Shown here piece after piece: positions 1-13,700 of a DNA stretch of 64,000 nt. This stretch comes from Bilabrum cf. latius (Eukaryota). How positions within the stretch are numbered: the stretch's first letter is position 1; every line of letters begins with the position of its first letter. Position numbers and translations under genes: made by a program. The stretch covers positions 868,001 to 932,000 of the forward strand of contig OZ237750.1 of NCBI GenBank assembly GCA_965178125.1, read 5' to 3'. The notes below the pieces were generated by a model. It had not been told where the DNA came from. It made no database searches and was given only the letters and a program-made list of their open reading frames with translations.

Positions 1-1
1 C

Positions 2-3000
2 TGTCGATTCAGGGCAGAGGGTGACGTGCTGGCGAGGTAGCGGCGCGCGGGCGCTCCCGGTCACAGCACCCCCGCCGGCTCGCCCCGCACTGCGGCCCGT
101 GGCTCTTCCAGCGCGGTGGTACGAGGAATCCCTGGGGTGGGCAGCTCCTTCTAGGATGAGCAGGCCCTTCGCCACTTCGAGACGAGGCAGAGGCAGGAGT
201 CCTCTGCCTCGCTCGCTGGGGCCGCCGCCGCGACCATGCACCCGCATGGGCACGGTGGCAGCGCGGGCAGCAGCATCGGCTCGCCCCCCGGCCTGGCCGC
301 GGCCGAGTCCGTGACCCAGGCCGATCTCGGCATGGCGGTCTCTCCGCCGCAAGGGCGAGTAGGAGGCGGGGACCGGGCGCCGCCAGGCCCTGGTGCAGTC
401 CAGAGGCAGGGTACCCTTGGCATGAAGATGGACGCGGCAGCGGACGACGGCTCCTCCTCCACGAGGAGCAGCCGGGCCCCGTCCTTCGACAATGTACTGC
501 CTGATTTTGCCGTGCAGCAGATGGCCGCCGCGAGCGGGCAGCCCCATGCACCTGGGGTTCCAGCGAGCGGCAGCACTCCTGGCAGGCACCGCGCCTCGGG
601 CAGCTCAGGCAGCTGGACCAACGCGGCTGCGCATGCCACTGGGCTCCCACCCGGCTTGATTCTCCGGCGCAACGACTCGACCGCAAGCGAGGAGTCGCTG
701 GAGGCTATGGCGGAGATCGGCGGCATCCGCGTGGCGCGGGACGGGACCCTCACCTTCGACATGGATGGCGACCTGGACTTCGGTGATCGGGGTGCCGGGA
801 CGCAGTCGCAATCGATGGCTGATACGCACACATCCAACGCGCTAGGTATGGGTGAAGCCGGCCCAGTCGGTGCTGGAGCAAGGCGTGCGCAAGGTAGCAA
901 CGGCGTCGGGTCTGGCGATGAGGACGCAAGTCGAGGGTCATTCCAAGATCGCTTGCTCGGTGCTGCCATGGGAGCAGGCGGCTCGCCCACGGTCGGGAGC
1001 AGCAGTGATGACGATGACGGCGGCGCGTCGGGGCGTGCCGAACCGCGGCTTCGAGACCCGCGGATGGCCGTGGGTGGGGGCGGACTCGCGTCGGTGCGTG
1101 CCGCTGGTGACTTCGAGTCTTCGGATGCCGGCACACCGGTGGATGGTGTCGCGCTACCAAGCTGCCAGCCAGCCGAGGCAGACACGCTAGCGGTCACTGG
1201 CAGTGGTCCCGCCTCCGGTACAGCGCGTCGCAAGAAAGTCCCCGCCGATTTCCGGTTGGACGAGCTGCGCGAGCACGACGAGGCCAAGCGCCGCGCGGTG
1301 GCTCGCATGGCCGACATGGAGAGGAGCCGCGAGGTGGAGCCTGTCCTGCCGGTGGAGGGCCTGGGAGGCATCGTGCCCGAGGACCTTCTGGGCTCGGCCA
1401 GGGCCTCTCTCGTGCTGGACCGCTGCAAAGCGGTGCATGCAGATAGGCAGGCGGCGGGCCGCGCGCTGGTGTCGAGGAGGTACTACGGCGTGCTGGACCT
1501 TCTGCCGCCCCCTGCCGACGTGGATGCCGGCCACTGGCAGCTGTACTCGCACGAAGCGGGCAGCAGCTAGGAGGGGGTGCGGGCAGACGATGCGCCGCTG
1601 CTCCCAGTGGCTACTGGTCGGTGGCAGCCCTGGTCCGACTTTGATGCCGTGCTGGCCATTCGGCGCCAGGAAACCGACGAATTCTACGACTAGCTGCAGC
1701 CGCTATGCCTGTCGGATGACGACAGGCTGATCCAGCGGCAGGCGCTCGCAGGAATGATCTGGTCCAAAAAGTTCTACCACTTCGGAGTCGACATGTGGCT
1801 GCGCGGGGACCCTTCCTACCCCGCCCCTCCGTCCGACCGGGGTAAGGGAGGCAACGCCGAGTGGAGACACTTCTACTGCGACGCAGTGGTGAGTCTCCCG
1901 GCTCCGTGGGAGTACCCGTGGCCTGCCTGCTGGGACCTGTGCCTGCACACTCCCGCGCTGTGCCTCTTCGACCCCGAGTGGACCAAGCGGCAGCTGCTGC
2001 TGTTCACCCGAGAGTGGATGATGCACCCGAACGGGTCCCTGCCGGCTTACGAGTACAACTTCCAGGACAGCAACCCGCCGGTGCACGCGTGGGCCAGTCT
2101 CCGCGTGTACAACATCTCGAGGGCCATGACTGGCACCGCCGACGTCAAGTTCCTGGAGCGGTGCTACCACAAGAACCTGCTCTACTTCACGCACTTTGCC
2201 AACCGGTTCGATCTGGACCGAAACGACCTCTTCCAGGCCGGGTTCCTCGGGCTGGACAACATCCAGATCATCGACAGGTCTCGCTTCGACGAAGAGCCCG
2301 CCCTGAAGGACGTGCGGCTTGAGCAGGCCGACGCGACCGCGTGGATGGCCTTCTTCGCCCTCACCATGCTGCAGATGTCTCTCGAGCTCGCGCTGCACAA
2401 CCGGGCCTACGAGGACATGGCGAGCAAGTTCCTCGAGCATTTCCTGCGCATCAAGCACGCCATCTTTGGGGGGGACTTGTTCTCCGACGATGCGGAGGAA
2501 ATTGCGGAGCAGACGGTCGGCCAGCGCGGTGATGCTGGTGGCACTGATGCTGACGCCAGGGATGCATTGGCTGCACGTGCTAGCTCTGCGTCTGGGTGTG
2601 ACACCACGACCGGGAGCGCAGGCTCTAGAGGCAGCAGCGGTGCTGGCCGTGCTGCCGCTTCCCGCAGCACTCGCCAGATGGGGCTCTGGGACGATCGGGA
2701 CGGATTTTTCTACGACGCGATCCGCGTGACCAAGGACGATCTGGTGGAAGAGGCAGCGAGGGCAGAGATGCGGCAGCTGACGGACAGGGCCGAGCGAGCC
2801 AGGGCGAGGGCTCTCCGCGGCGGGGCCACCAGCGAGCAAGCCGAGCAGGCGCATGCCGGGGAGCTGGAAGGGTGTTCCTGGGAACAGGTGCTGGCCAGGG
2901 TGCGGAAGCGAAGGCGCGTGCTGCTTCGCGTCAAGTCGTACGTCGGTCTCATCCCTCTGCTCGCAGTGGCCGTGGTCCGGGCCGACACGCTTCGGAGGCT

Positions 3001-3931
3001 GCCTGCCTTCCGCCGCAGGATGAAGTGGTACTTGGACCATCGGCCCGACGTCATCGGCAGGGAGCACCTGTCGCTCGTCAGAGGCACGTGGCACAAGGAG
3101 AGGCGCGCCTGGCTCGATGGAGAGGCGACTAGGGCAGGAGCAGGGGCAGGAGCAGGGGCAGGGGCAGGAGCAGGGGCAGGCCGCGGTGACGGCGACGTGC
3201 TGCTTAGCCTCGTAGACCCTGATCAGCTGCGGAGGGTGGTGACCCGGGTCATGGACGAGGATCAGTTCCTCAGCGCCTTCGGAGTCAGGTCTGTGTCTAA
3301 GGAACACGAGGCCAGGGAGGGTGCGGGTGCCGGGGCGGGCGGGTTTCGTTTCGAGTTCAACGGGTTCAAGGCGGGCCTGCAGTACACCCCCGCTGAAAGT
3401 GACTCGGCGATGTTCGGGGGGAACAGCAACTGGAGGGGGCCCATCTGGATGCCCATCTGCTACCTGCTTGTGGAGGCCCTGTAGCAGTACGACGCATTCT
3501 TCGGCGATGCCATGCAGGTGCCGCTGCCGGCCACCACGGCCACTGCCACGGCCACTGCCACGGCCGGTGCCCAGGCCACAACGGCGGGTGCCGAGGCCAG
3601 CGGGGTCGGTGAGGGGGGGCCAGGGCCCGCAGTGAGGAGACAGGGGTCTCTCTGGACGGCCGCCTCGGAGATCTCCCAGCGGCTCATCGGCATGTTCCGC
3701 ACCGCGGCGCCGGGGTCACCAGCGGCAAATAGTTCCGTGCTCGGCGCTGGACACAGGCCCGTCTTTGGGGGTCTCAGGGTCCACGGGGACGACCCTGTGC
3801 TCAGAAGGCTAGTGCTCTTCTACGAGTACTTTCACGGCGACCTGGGAGCGGGTCTGGGCGCGTCCCACCAGACCGGTTGGACGGGGCTCGTTGCGAAATT
3901 GATCCAGCAGCAGAGCGCGACACCTAGCTGA
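2..3931 (+). CDS. MGH1-like / GH63-family glycoside hydrolase (yeast YMR196W-like), 5' partial, about 1309 aa in the window, read with TAG=Gln
   Basis: One frame from nt 2 to TGA 3929-3931, interrupted only by TAG at 38, 152, 1568, 1691 and 3482. Family motifs: RRQETDEFY..IQRQALAGMIWSKKFY, WEYPW..WDL, REWMMHPNGSLPAYEYNFQDSNPPVHAW, FLGLDNI, EQADATAWMAFF, FGGNSNWRGPIW, FYEYFHGDLGAGLGASHQTGWTGLVAKLI. Confidence 0.88.
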
Positions 3932-4168
3932 GACGTCTCGCTGACGGCTCGAAGAGCTGCAATTGCAGTGAATTTTGATTCAGATCTTCTGGAGCGCGTG
4001 AGCTCATGCGCTGGCGTATCTGCTTTTATGAGCCACCCTTTTTTTGGCACCCATGATGACGTGCTGGCGCCGCGCAAAGATTCGGATCCCTCTGCCGGTT
4101 CCGCTACTAGGGTGACGTGGCCTCACCAGCCCGATGCAAGCGTCACATATAAGATACTTCGCCGCTCC

Positions 4169-6811
4169 ATGAAGTCCACGCTAGCTGTCTTAGCCGTTGC
4201 TGCAGCAACCATTGCTCGCGGTGCAAACGTGTACGAAGCCCTGACGACGGAAAATGGTCTCGCAGACCTGAAACAGCTGGTCGATGCGGCAAGCGCATCC
4301 GTGAAAACCCAGCTCACTGCCAATGGCAACCAGACCGTGTTCGCCCCTGAAGACCCATTGAGTGCAGACGATTTCCCTGCGTTCTTAAATTTTGCCCTGA
4401 ACAAGCCATCGTCGCCGGTGACCGACGTGCTTCTGTAGCACGTAATCAGTGAGTCTGGAAGCAATCCCGCATGTTTGGGTGCTTCGACAATCTGATCAGT
4501 ACTGCTCGAAGTGATGCTTTGTATATTGCATGCCTTGGATTGTTGTAGCTTCTTGAGGTATGCTGAAAAATGGTCTGATTCCGTGACTACACACCTCGTT
4601 CGCTTCGCGCTACGGCGCCACGGCGCGTGCGTGACGTGGCTCGAATTGAACGCGGTGTGGCGTGGCAATGCAGGCTTGACTTGCACTGCACCAACATCAC
4701 CGTGGTTAAGAAGAACCAAACAGCTACTGTGGATATGTCACGGTGCCCTCTGGGATGTTGTGGTTGTCAGCCCTTCCTGTTGTAGCACACGGATAGACTG
4801 TCACCATCTTGCAAAGCTGCCGCGCTGATTTGCCTCACTGTGGCAGTAGAGTTTGACCAAACTGTACCATTGGGAGTAGTTCCGTTTGAAACATAACTGT
4901 TTGGACGGGTTGTTTCGTGCACGAGCCTATCCAACGACGTGCGGGGATTCGACCTGCGGGGATTCGGCCTGCATGATGCTGACGATGCGGATCTGGCCTC
5001 GCCATCATCAGTACGGGCCATACCGTCAATATTCGCTCGACCACTCCATTCATCTCGCAGACGGCTAGAGAATTAGCAGTTCGGGTATCACGACGACGAA
5101 GACGTCCGTGGACTCCCTACTAGATAGCAACCCGATCGATGTGCAGCTGGATGGCAGCAACGTGCGAGTGGGGACCACCAACACCTTCCCGCAGGCCACC
5201 GTCACCACGGCAGACATCTCGCTGGACAACGGCATCGTGCACAAGGTGGACAAGGTCATCGTCCCGGATTCCCTCGCGGGAGCCCTCCCCACGCAGACTC
5301 TGGCCGGGCTGGCGCAGGATACCCCCAGCCTCTCCACCCTCGCCTCGCTCGTGCAAGGGGCCTCCGACGGGGTCCGCGATGCCCTGACTACCGGATCCGT
5401 GACCCTGCTGGCACCCACGAACGATGCCTTCATGAAGGTCGAGACTGCAGCTGTGCAGTACCTGCAGGACACCGCCAACAAGGCCGTCCTGGATCAGGTG
5501 TTGCTGTTCCACGCCATCCCCAGCTCGTACGCTTACTCCTCCGGGCTCACCGATAGGATGGAGCTCGGCACTGCGCAGGGATCGGGTGCCACCCAGGGCA
5601 TGCTGACCGTGTCCATCTCTGACGACATGGTCAAGTTCCAGCCCGCCTACACTGGGGCTGCCACGGTCGAGACGCCCGACCAGGAGTCCACCTCCGGGAT
5701 CGCTCACCTCGTGTCCGACGTGCTGATGCCCGTGGCCGTGCTGGACAGCGTGCCCACCACCGTGCAGAAGTCCATCGTGGAGCCGTCCGCCGCCGTAAGC
5801 ACCCTCCGGACGCTCATCGACCTGGCCCCGGGAGCCAAGAGCGTGCTCGAGGGCACCCCCGCCGACGGGAAGAAGCTCACCGTCTTCGCGCCTAGCAACG
5901 ACGCCTTCACCGCGCTGACCACCAACTTCCCCGCCGCCGTCAAGTTCCTGACCAACCCGAACGTGGACAAGCTGGAGGCAGTGCTGGCCCTGCACGTGGT
6001 GCAGGCAGACACCCGCTACTCCGCCGCCGACCTGGCCATACAGGGTCTGGCCAAGGCGACCCAGATCCCCTATGGGGAGACCACTAGCGTGCCGGCTCTC
6101 GGCAATGGCACCCTCGCCGTGACCAGGGGCTCTGAAGCGTCAGGCGGGGCCGTCTCGGTGGCCAGCGGCTCGCAGACCGCCGTCAACGTGGCGGTGGCAG
6201 ACTTGGCTGCGGGCAACGGCGTGGCGCACGTGGTGGACGGAGTGATCCTCAGCGACGCGCTGGCAGGACTGCTGCCCACGCAGACCGTTGTGCAGGTGGC
6301 TGGGGCCACGGGCTCGCTGTCCACGCTCACCGCCCTGGTGGGCCTCGCTTCTGACGGGGTGCAGGAGGCGCTGGTGGGCGCCGGGGTGACCCTGTTCGCG
6401 CCCAGCAACGACGCCTTCGCTGCCCTGTCCGCCAGCCAGGTGGCGTACCTGCAGGACCCAGCCAACCAGGCAGACCTGGATGCCGTGCTGCTGTACCACG
6501 TCATCGGGGACAGCTACACGTACGCCGAGAGCCTGACCGACGGGATGACCCTGACCACGGCGCAGCCTGGAGCACCGGGCCTGGCCGTGTCTGTCAGCAA
6601 CGGCATGGTCACTGTCAACGGGGCCAAGGTGACGACCGCCGACGTGGAGACCACGACCGGCATCGTGCACATCACCGATGCGGTCTTCGTGCCTCCCTCG
6701 GTGGCCGACAAGCTCCCCTCGAGCGGTGCTTCGGAGCAGGCCGCCGCCATGGCTGGAGCTGGGGTCCTGGCTGCGGCCGTGGCTGCCGCTGCTGCCACCA
6801 TGCGCGCATGA
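4169..6811 (+). CDS. Secreted, probably GPI-anchored fasciclin (4x FAS1) protein; exons 4169-4448 and 5061-6811, about 676 aa
   Basis: Signal peptide MKSTLAVLAVAAATIARG. Four FAS1 repeats (TVFAP/TLLAPTNDAF/TVFAPSNDAF/TLFAPSNDAF, LLxHV, NGIVHKVDKVI-type H2 motifs). Hydrophobic C-terminal GPI-like tail. In-frame TAG at 4436 and 5066; ends at TGA. Confidence 0.85.
4449..5060 (+). other. Spliceosomal intron (612 nt) in the fasciclin gene
   Basis: GTGAGT donor at 4449 and catctcgcAG acceptor at 5060. The phase-1 join restores HVI-N-G*RISS within the first FAS1 domain. Confidence 0.75.
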
Positions 6812-6996
6812 GCTTTGAAGATGTATGTGACTGCCTATCAGTCCTCCTGGTGTTATTGCAAAGGGAGACGGGCGCCGTGGCGAGGCTCTCTGGCTGCGAC
6901 TGCTCCCGTCACCTTGTGGTTCCGGTTTACGTAGTGTGCGACGAAAAGATCTTTCCTGAACCGTTCTCCCACAATCTTGCTACCCAGAAGAACGTC

Positions 6997-9900
6997 ATGA
7001 TGCGTCTGATGCCAGCATCTCATATTTTAGTTGTTATTGCACTTGTCTAGGCTGCCCGTGAGTGCTTGGATCCTTGCAGAGTTGCGGTGTTCTTTTCGGA
7101 CGAGTCGATCGGTTCCCCATCTGAGCTTCCTTGTTCCTCCCATCATTGTCTCTTCTCTCAGTGGCTGGATTCAACCCACAAGTATGCACCAACAATGGCT
7201 CCCTATCCCTAGGCCGCGATACTGAGTGGAAATGCTCCGCTGGTACCATCTCGGAGGGTGGATTCAAGGTAAGTTCGTGGCCGGGTGCGGATTGCCCCCG
7301 TTCGCAGGCCCCATGCTTGTTGATACCATGCACCCTGTAGACCCAAACAGGTGTAACTTAATCTCTTAATGATGCGTGTGATACTCGTCTGGGTGAATAA
7401 CGGACAGTTTTGAGGCCACAGGGCACCTGTCTACCCTGCCGCGTGCACCGTAGACGCCACGATGATGGCTTGCAACACGTTTCGTCGGAAGATCTTTCGC
7501 GTCAAGTCTCACAGCCTATCTCAAATTCATGTATTCTTTTGTTCCTACCTGACGCGCAGGAGATCTCTATGTCGATCACGATCGATGGCACCGCTCTCGC
7601 CACCGCTGGCACCGCTCACGAACTGCAGGTCCTTTTCTTCAATAAAGACGCCCAGAACCACACGAGTTGGAACAAGCTCGCCGACAACGCGTTTAACGAC
7701 CTGCTGAGCGCACAGGGTACTTCTCTGGAATTCTACCTGATCCCGCCCACGGGCGATCGCACCGTCGACGTGAACCTGAACGAGGACGCCGTGCTGGGCC
7801 CGAGGCCCGTTCGCACCAGGGACTGGATCCCGCAGCCGCCCGGTGGCGGCAATCCGACCATTCCCGCAGTTGACGCCGTGTCTGGTACCGGCTGCGGCAA
7901 CCAGGCGGCGTCCCCCGCCACCCGCTTCGCCTACTCGGCCATCCGCCAATTCGGCGGGGACAGCGGCCCGGGCAACCGCACGGCGCTCTACGCCATCGCA
8001 GGCGCCGTCCCCACCCCCGCTTCCGGCAAATGGAGCGTGGTGGTCAGCCTACCCGTGACCAAGTACCCCTTCGCCTAGGGCGAGGGCGACTTCAGCTTCG
8101 CCGTGGCTGCCCGCTGGACCCAGCAGCGCGCCGACCGGCCTAGGTTGCAGCGCAGCGCCGTCATGGAGGGCGGTGACTTGCTCCCCTCCCAGGGCCACTT
8201 CGTGCAGGGCTCCATCTCTGCGGGGTCCGGTCCCCAGCAGACCCTGGGCACCGTGCTCCCAGGGGAGGTGGTGTGCGCCGTGCTGGAGGACGAGTACGCG
8301 GTGCAGTAGTACATGGTGCGCAACGTGACCTCCCGAGTGCAGTCCGTCAGCCCGCCACCCGCCCAGGGGCTGCTGAGAAGCACGGTTTTCAAGGCTGAGA
8401 ACCTTGCTCTCGCCGGGTTTGCACCCGTGGCCCAGACCGAGTTCACCGTGCAGGGCACAGTGTTCAACTGGCAGAATCAGACTGTCGCTGGCACACCCTA
8501 CGGCGACCAGGGCTACCAGACGATCCAGCTGGACGACAACTTCGTGGAGTCCTTTACAGAGGAGGAGTACGGCCAAGATGACAACTTTGTGGAGTCCTAC
8601 ACGGAGGAGGAGGATGGCCAAGCTGACAACTTCGTGCAGACCTACACGGAGACCGAGGGCGCCACCGTGACTGCAAACTACCTCGGGCTGGTCGCCCCTG
8701 CTGTTACCTTTTAGCCGCGGTCCGTGATTGTGACCATGCCCACCTTGCTCGAGTCCGAATACTTCCCCACGTCCACGTCCTCCGGGTGGCCCATCGACTG
8801 GACCACAACAGGCCCATTCTTCGACATCACCGTAGAGTCTGTGGAGGTGAACAAGTTTCCCAACATCTACGACAGCGAGAACGGCGCGACAACCTTTGAG
8901 GACATGAAGCTGGACACGGTGGCTGCGGGTGACCGCAATCTTACCTGGGACCAGGACTTCAAGGTCTTCGAGGTCGTGCACCGCGACCCCTTCTACTGGA
9001 AGACCTCTATCAAGTTCTCCAACGTGAGGGACAACACCGGCATGATGCACGACGACCCCTACCAGACCTTTGACGTCTTCATGGTGGCCGCCACGAGCTT
9101 CACACCGGCACCGCCCGCCAACCCAACAACCGTGACGCCCCCTACCGGCGTGGAAGCTGTAGCGCACAACTTCATGCCCCTGGGCCAGGGAAACACCATT
9201 GTGCGGCCTGACGACGACCAGATGAACTTCTACAACAACCGCTGGTTCTAGTACAACCCGGCGATCCCCGGGCGGTCGTTCACCATCCAGCCCCTTACGG
9301 GCACTGCCGTCGAGCTGCTCGACAACCGCATGCCCGCGATCCCGGAGCGCATGTTCCTGTTCGTCCGCTCCAAGCCCATCGTGAGCGCTCGCAGCCAGGG
9401 CGGGGAGGCAGTGACCAACTCGGCTGGCATCTCCCAGGTCACCTTTGACGTCTCCGTCGAGGTGCAGAAGATCTCCGGCGAGTGCAAGGGCATGCAGGAC
9501 TGCGCCAAGAAGATCGGAAAGCCTGCCAAGGAGCTGACCGCGCCGTACTGCCTAGTGAAGAACGGTGGGTCCGACTTTGCCCTGCAGCCGACGACTGTGT
9601 GCAGCAACTGCCTGCCAGGGAACAACGATAACGCCCGGGACGTGAGGTGCCCGGAGGAGTACTACTGCCAGGGTAACGACCAGGGGTACTGCCAGAACGA
9701 GCTGGGCTTCTACGTGTGCGATGGGTATGCCGCCGGCTCGCTGGGGCGGTGCAAGGAGAAGGACCCGGAAGGTGTCATCTTGGACAAGTACTGCCGGGAC
9801 TTCCCGACCGGGTCGCCCGTCTCGGGCGGGGGCGAGCAGTACGCTCCTGGGTACGGCTCGTGCGGCCTCACTCGGTTCTACAACTCGTCTGCCCCTCAGG

Positions 9901-10544
9901 ACACCGTGGTGAACAACCCGTACACTCCACTCGCCGACACCGTGCGGGCCGTGCACTGGACCGGGGTGTGCATGCAGGGACGCTGCATGGAGTGCAACCC
10001 CAACTCGAACGCGTGGTATGGAAGCAACCAGGGCCAGCTAGGCAAGACCTGCCTGAACGGACGCATCGTGGCCACTGCCACCTCGGACGGCACCGTTCGC
10101 TCGCTGCGTCACAACTCCGTGGCTGCCGGTGCCATCACGGCTGCCACGTTCATCGGCGTGCTTGTGGTTGGTTTCTTCATCTACACCATGTACGACGCCA
10201 ACAGGCACCGCGCCATGTTCGGGAAGCCGCCGCTGTCATGCTTGGAGCTGCTTGTGGACACTTGCCAGGTGTGGCAGTGCTGCAAGTGCTGCGGTGCCTC
10301 TGAGGAGCACCGGTCCGGAGTGACCGTGCGCATGATGGGCAGCTCGGGCGGAGCAGTCACCAACAACCCCGTGGCTGACTGGGATGGCCACCGCAGGGCC
10401 AGCGCTGCCAAGTCGGCGGACGCGTCTAGCCCGCATCCCCCGATGCAGTCTGGCGTGCCAAACCAGCAGCCCCTCGTGCAGAATGAGGGGGGCAGCTACG
10501 GTGCGGTCCCGCCGGCCACCGCGCCGGGGGCGGGCTTCCACTGA
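6997..10544 (+). CDS. Type I membrane / cell-surface protein with a Cys-rich ectodomain, unknown family; exons 6997-7057, 7162-7268, 7560-10544, about 1050 aa
   Basis: Signal peptide MMRLMPASHILVVIALV*AA. Introns 7058-7161 (GTGAGT..ctcAG) and 7269-7559 (GTAAGT..cgcAG) give matching phases. ORF-track pieces 7410/8103/8313/8724/9330 share one frame and are joined by TAG at 8076, 8307, 8712 and 9249 (plus 7048 in exon 1). Single TM AAGAITAATFIGVLVVGFFIYTMY; ends at TGA. Confidence 0.75.
8532..8660 (+). repeat. Three degenerate 45-bp coding repeats (DDNFVESFTEEEYGQ / DDNFVESYTEEEDGQ / ADNFVQTYTETEG)
   Basis: Read directly in the sequence and its translation. Confidence 0.85.
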
Positions 10545-10798
10545 GGCCGCAGGTGCCGGCCTACGTAGACCTACTGCCCGACGTCAGCACTCTGGCAGAT
10601 TGAATTGATGTGTCCATACAGCTTTATTTGGCTTTGTCGACGTAGCATGTGGCAGCCAGGTTTGGTGTCAAGATTCTGCATGCATGGCAAAAACGAAACT
10701 TGTTGCTACCGTTTAAACCTACCCTGTTCTATTTCTTATTCAGCAGCTGAAATCCGGGATTGAATGGTTGATCCCATCCTGGATCCGGCGGATCAGGA

Positions 10799-13700
10799 TC
10801 AGAACGGCAGGCTCGTCTAGCGAAGCACTTGCGATATCCCATGAACTTCCTCCAAGTGGCGAATTGAGGCCTCAACGCTGGAGGACCGCTATAACAGCCC
10901 ATCTGCTGCTGCTCGTACGCTGGAGGGGGCATGCCCGAGGCCACCAGCAGGCCTCACACCGGCCGGCACCCCCGTACCACTGCTTCTGTGGTCCAAGGCT
11001 CCTCCATCAGTTAGCCTCTCTCCTCGGCGCCCTGACTCGCCTGATTCCCCTCGGCCATCGCGCGATAGCAAGATGGCGCTGCCTTGCAGCAAATGAGCGA
11101 CTGCTTGCGGCTGCGCCCGGAACCTACAGCGGAGCACCCTCCCATCAGAAGTGCCCAGCGCAATCAATGCGAGCGCAGGACCCCCTCCCAGAGCAGCAGA
11201 GGCGATGCCCGCGCTCTGCGTGAGCCCTCGCTCCGCAGCTACCGAGGCACCCTGGGGGGGTGGCACTCGCACGGTGCCCAGCACACGTCCCGCCTAGTGT
11301 CCAAACACATCGTACACCCTGCACGCGCCGTCTGCCCCCGCACTGATGGCTCTGTAGCTGTCGATGGCAAGGCAAGTCACCCTCGCATCATGGCTTTGCA
11401 GAGCTTTCTCCTCCGCCACATACCTCGAGGGCGGCTTGCTCCCGCCATCCGACGGAGCCCCGCTGCCTGACTCGGCACGAGAACCAGCTGGCTCGCCTTC
11501 AAGGTGCTCTTCTCGTACCACCCACAGTGACACGCGACCCGCTCCACCACCGCTGAGCAGCACGGGAGCAACGCCCGGAGCACGTTCGTACGATGCGCCA
11601 GCCTCGTCAATACCCCTTTCTGACGTCCACAGTGGCAGGCGAGGCGTGGGTCTGGGGTCAGAGGGCAGGGCCAGACTTCGAACGATTGTATGCGCCTGCA
11701 GTTTGCGTATCACGGGCACTGGGGCAAACTCGCGTGGATGTCGCTTGCGAGCCCAAATGCCCAGAGTCCCGTGGGCACCTCCCGCAGCGATCAGACGGGA
11801 GTTTACGGCAACAGCAGTGACAGGTTCGTTGCTGCTGCTGCCGCGCGTGCCCTCTCCTTGCGCCCCGATAGAAAGGAACAGTGTGGCTATCCTGCCGCCG
11901 TGCGGGCCTACGGGCATCCACACGTGCACATGTCCGGCCATATCACCCGACACGACCAATGGATTAGCAGCTGGTGTGACATTGGCGTGACCGTGCTACT
12001 TGCCCAGAGCTGACTTATATGGTGACATCCCGGGCGCACGTGCACCATTCCCGGCTCGCTTGCGCCTCATTGCGCCCCCTAGCCGACTCCTCAGCGCCTC
12101 GCCGCTGTCCGTCCCAAACTGTGCCACATTCGCCACCCAGGCGCCTTCTTCTTCGGGACCGGGACCCCCTGCGCTCGCCGCAGCTAAATTCTGGTCTTGC
12201 TGGAACGGGGTAATGACCCAGTCTCGCACCACGTCGATGCACGTGACTGCTGCTCTGTGATCCCTGTAGCAAGTGCTAAGCTTGACGTCTGCTCCATGGC
12301 TGCTGGTTCCATCCTCCGACACTGGCCACACCGCGACTGACTTGCCAATCGCTCCGAAGACCAGGCTACCTGCGTTTGACCCTGGTGGGGCGGGCAGGGC
12401 CTTCACGAATGCCACGCCTGCACGCACGTCACCCACCGGCCGCTCGAACCAACGAATACCGGTGTGCAGCCACGGCTCCGACTCGGTAACGCAGGCCAGC
12501 CTGTCCTCGTCCAAGGCCTGATCGACGGAAGCACCGGGGTCCAGTGGGACAGCAGGCGTTTCCGCTTGCGGCCCGCTTGCATCGCCTGCCTTGGCTGTGA
12601 CTGGCCCGGCCACTGGCTCTGTAGGACCGTCTGCGCCTGGCCCCTCTTGCCCTCTGTGGCGGCGCGGCCCACCCTGCCTCCTCTGCGCCTTCTGTTCCCT
12701 GCGGGACAGGAGGTCCACCAGTGCCCGCTGTGTCAGCTCGGGCTGCACCACCACGGTGCGAGGCACCCCCTCGGCGAATCGACCAGACAGATCATCGAAG
12801 GGCTAGCCGGACTCGCCCCTCAGCTCCTCGTGCCAGGCGTCGAGCGAGCAGGCCGCCACGTCCGTGGAGCGCAGTGGCACCCCCATCCTAATCATCTTGT
12901 GTCGCACAGCCAGCAGAGCCTGCGCACCGCTCATGCTGCGGGAAGTGCGCCTTGCCTGTGATCTGCGGTAGTTGGACCGCCTGCGCTGGCGCTTGCGCTG
13001 GCTTCCTCGCGCGGCTGCCTTGCTGGGCATGGCCGCCACTTCAATGGCGCTGCTTTCCTCACGCGCGCGCGCGTCCTGCTCCTCAGCGGTCCCAAGCTCG
13101 CCGGCATCGTCCAAGAAGCGCACGCAGCTTGCAGCACCCATGCTGCTAGCCATGGTGCATAGGGCCTGCCTCACAACCCGAGCAGGAGGCAGCGGAGGCA
13201 GCTGGTCGGGCTGCGAGCGCGCTGTCGGCTTGGCCATCCCGGTCGCATCGAAATCCTCGGGCATCACCAGGGCCAAAGAGCCCTCCCTGAAGGCCACCAC
13301 GGCACGCAGCCTGCGGAGCGGGGTGCCGCCATGCACGGTCTCGCGCGGCATTTCCTCTACCCAGCTCGCAGCGTACCAAGCCCCGTCCCTGCGAGGCAAC
13401 ACCACCTGCTTGCCGTCTCGATGCAGACCCGACGAGATACGGCCACCTCCCGTGGCAGTGCTTGCGCTGGCACTCCCCGAATCGTCCGGCTCAGACATCG
13501 CCGAGAGCGCGGGGCTCGGGGGCGCTGGCGGGTCAGGCGGAGCTTCTGACCTGCCGTGGCTCTGGCTTGGGGTGCGAGCAGGGCTCGAGAGAGCCCGCGG
13601 GATACCAGTACCACCCATCTAGTCGGCTGGTACACCCTTGGTGGTCGGGATCGCGCTCGTGTCCGATGACAAACGAGGAATCTGGCTCCTCTGCGGCATG

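Noticed and set aside
4940-4972. 15-bp tandem duplication in the fasciclin intron, and an 11-bp tandem near 43791-43813
   Set aside because: Simple slippage duplications with no sign of function.
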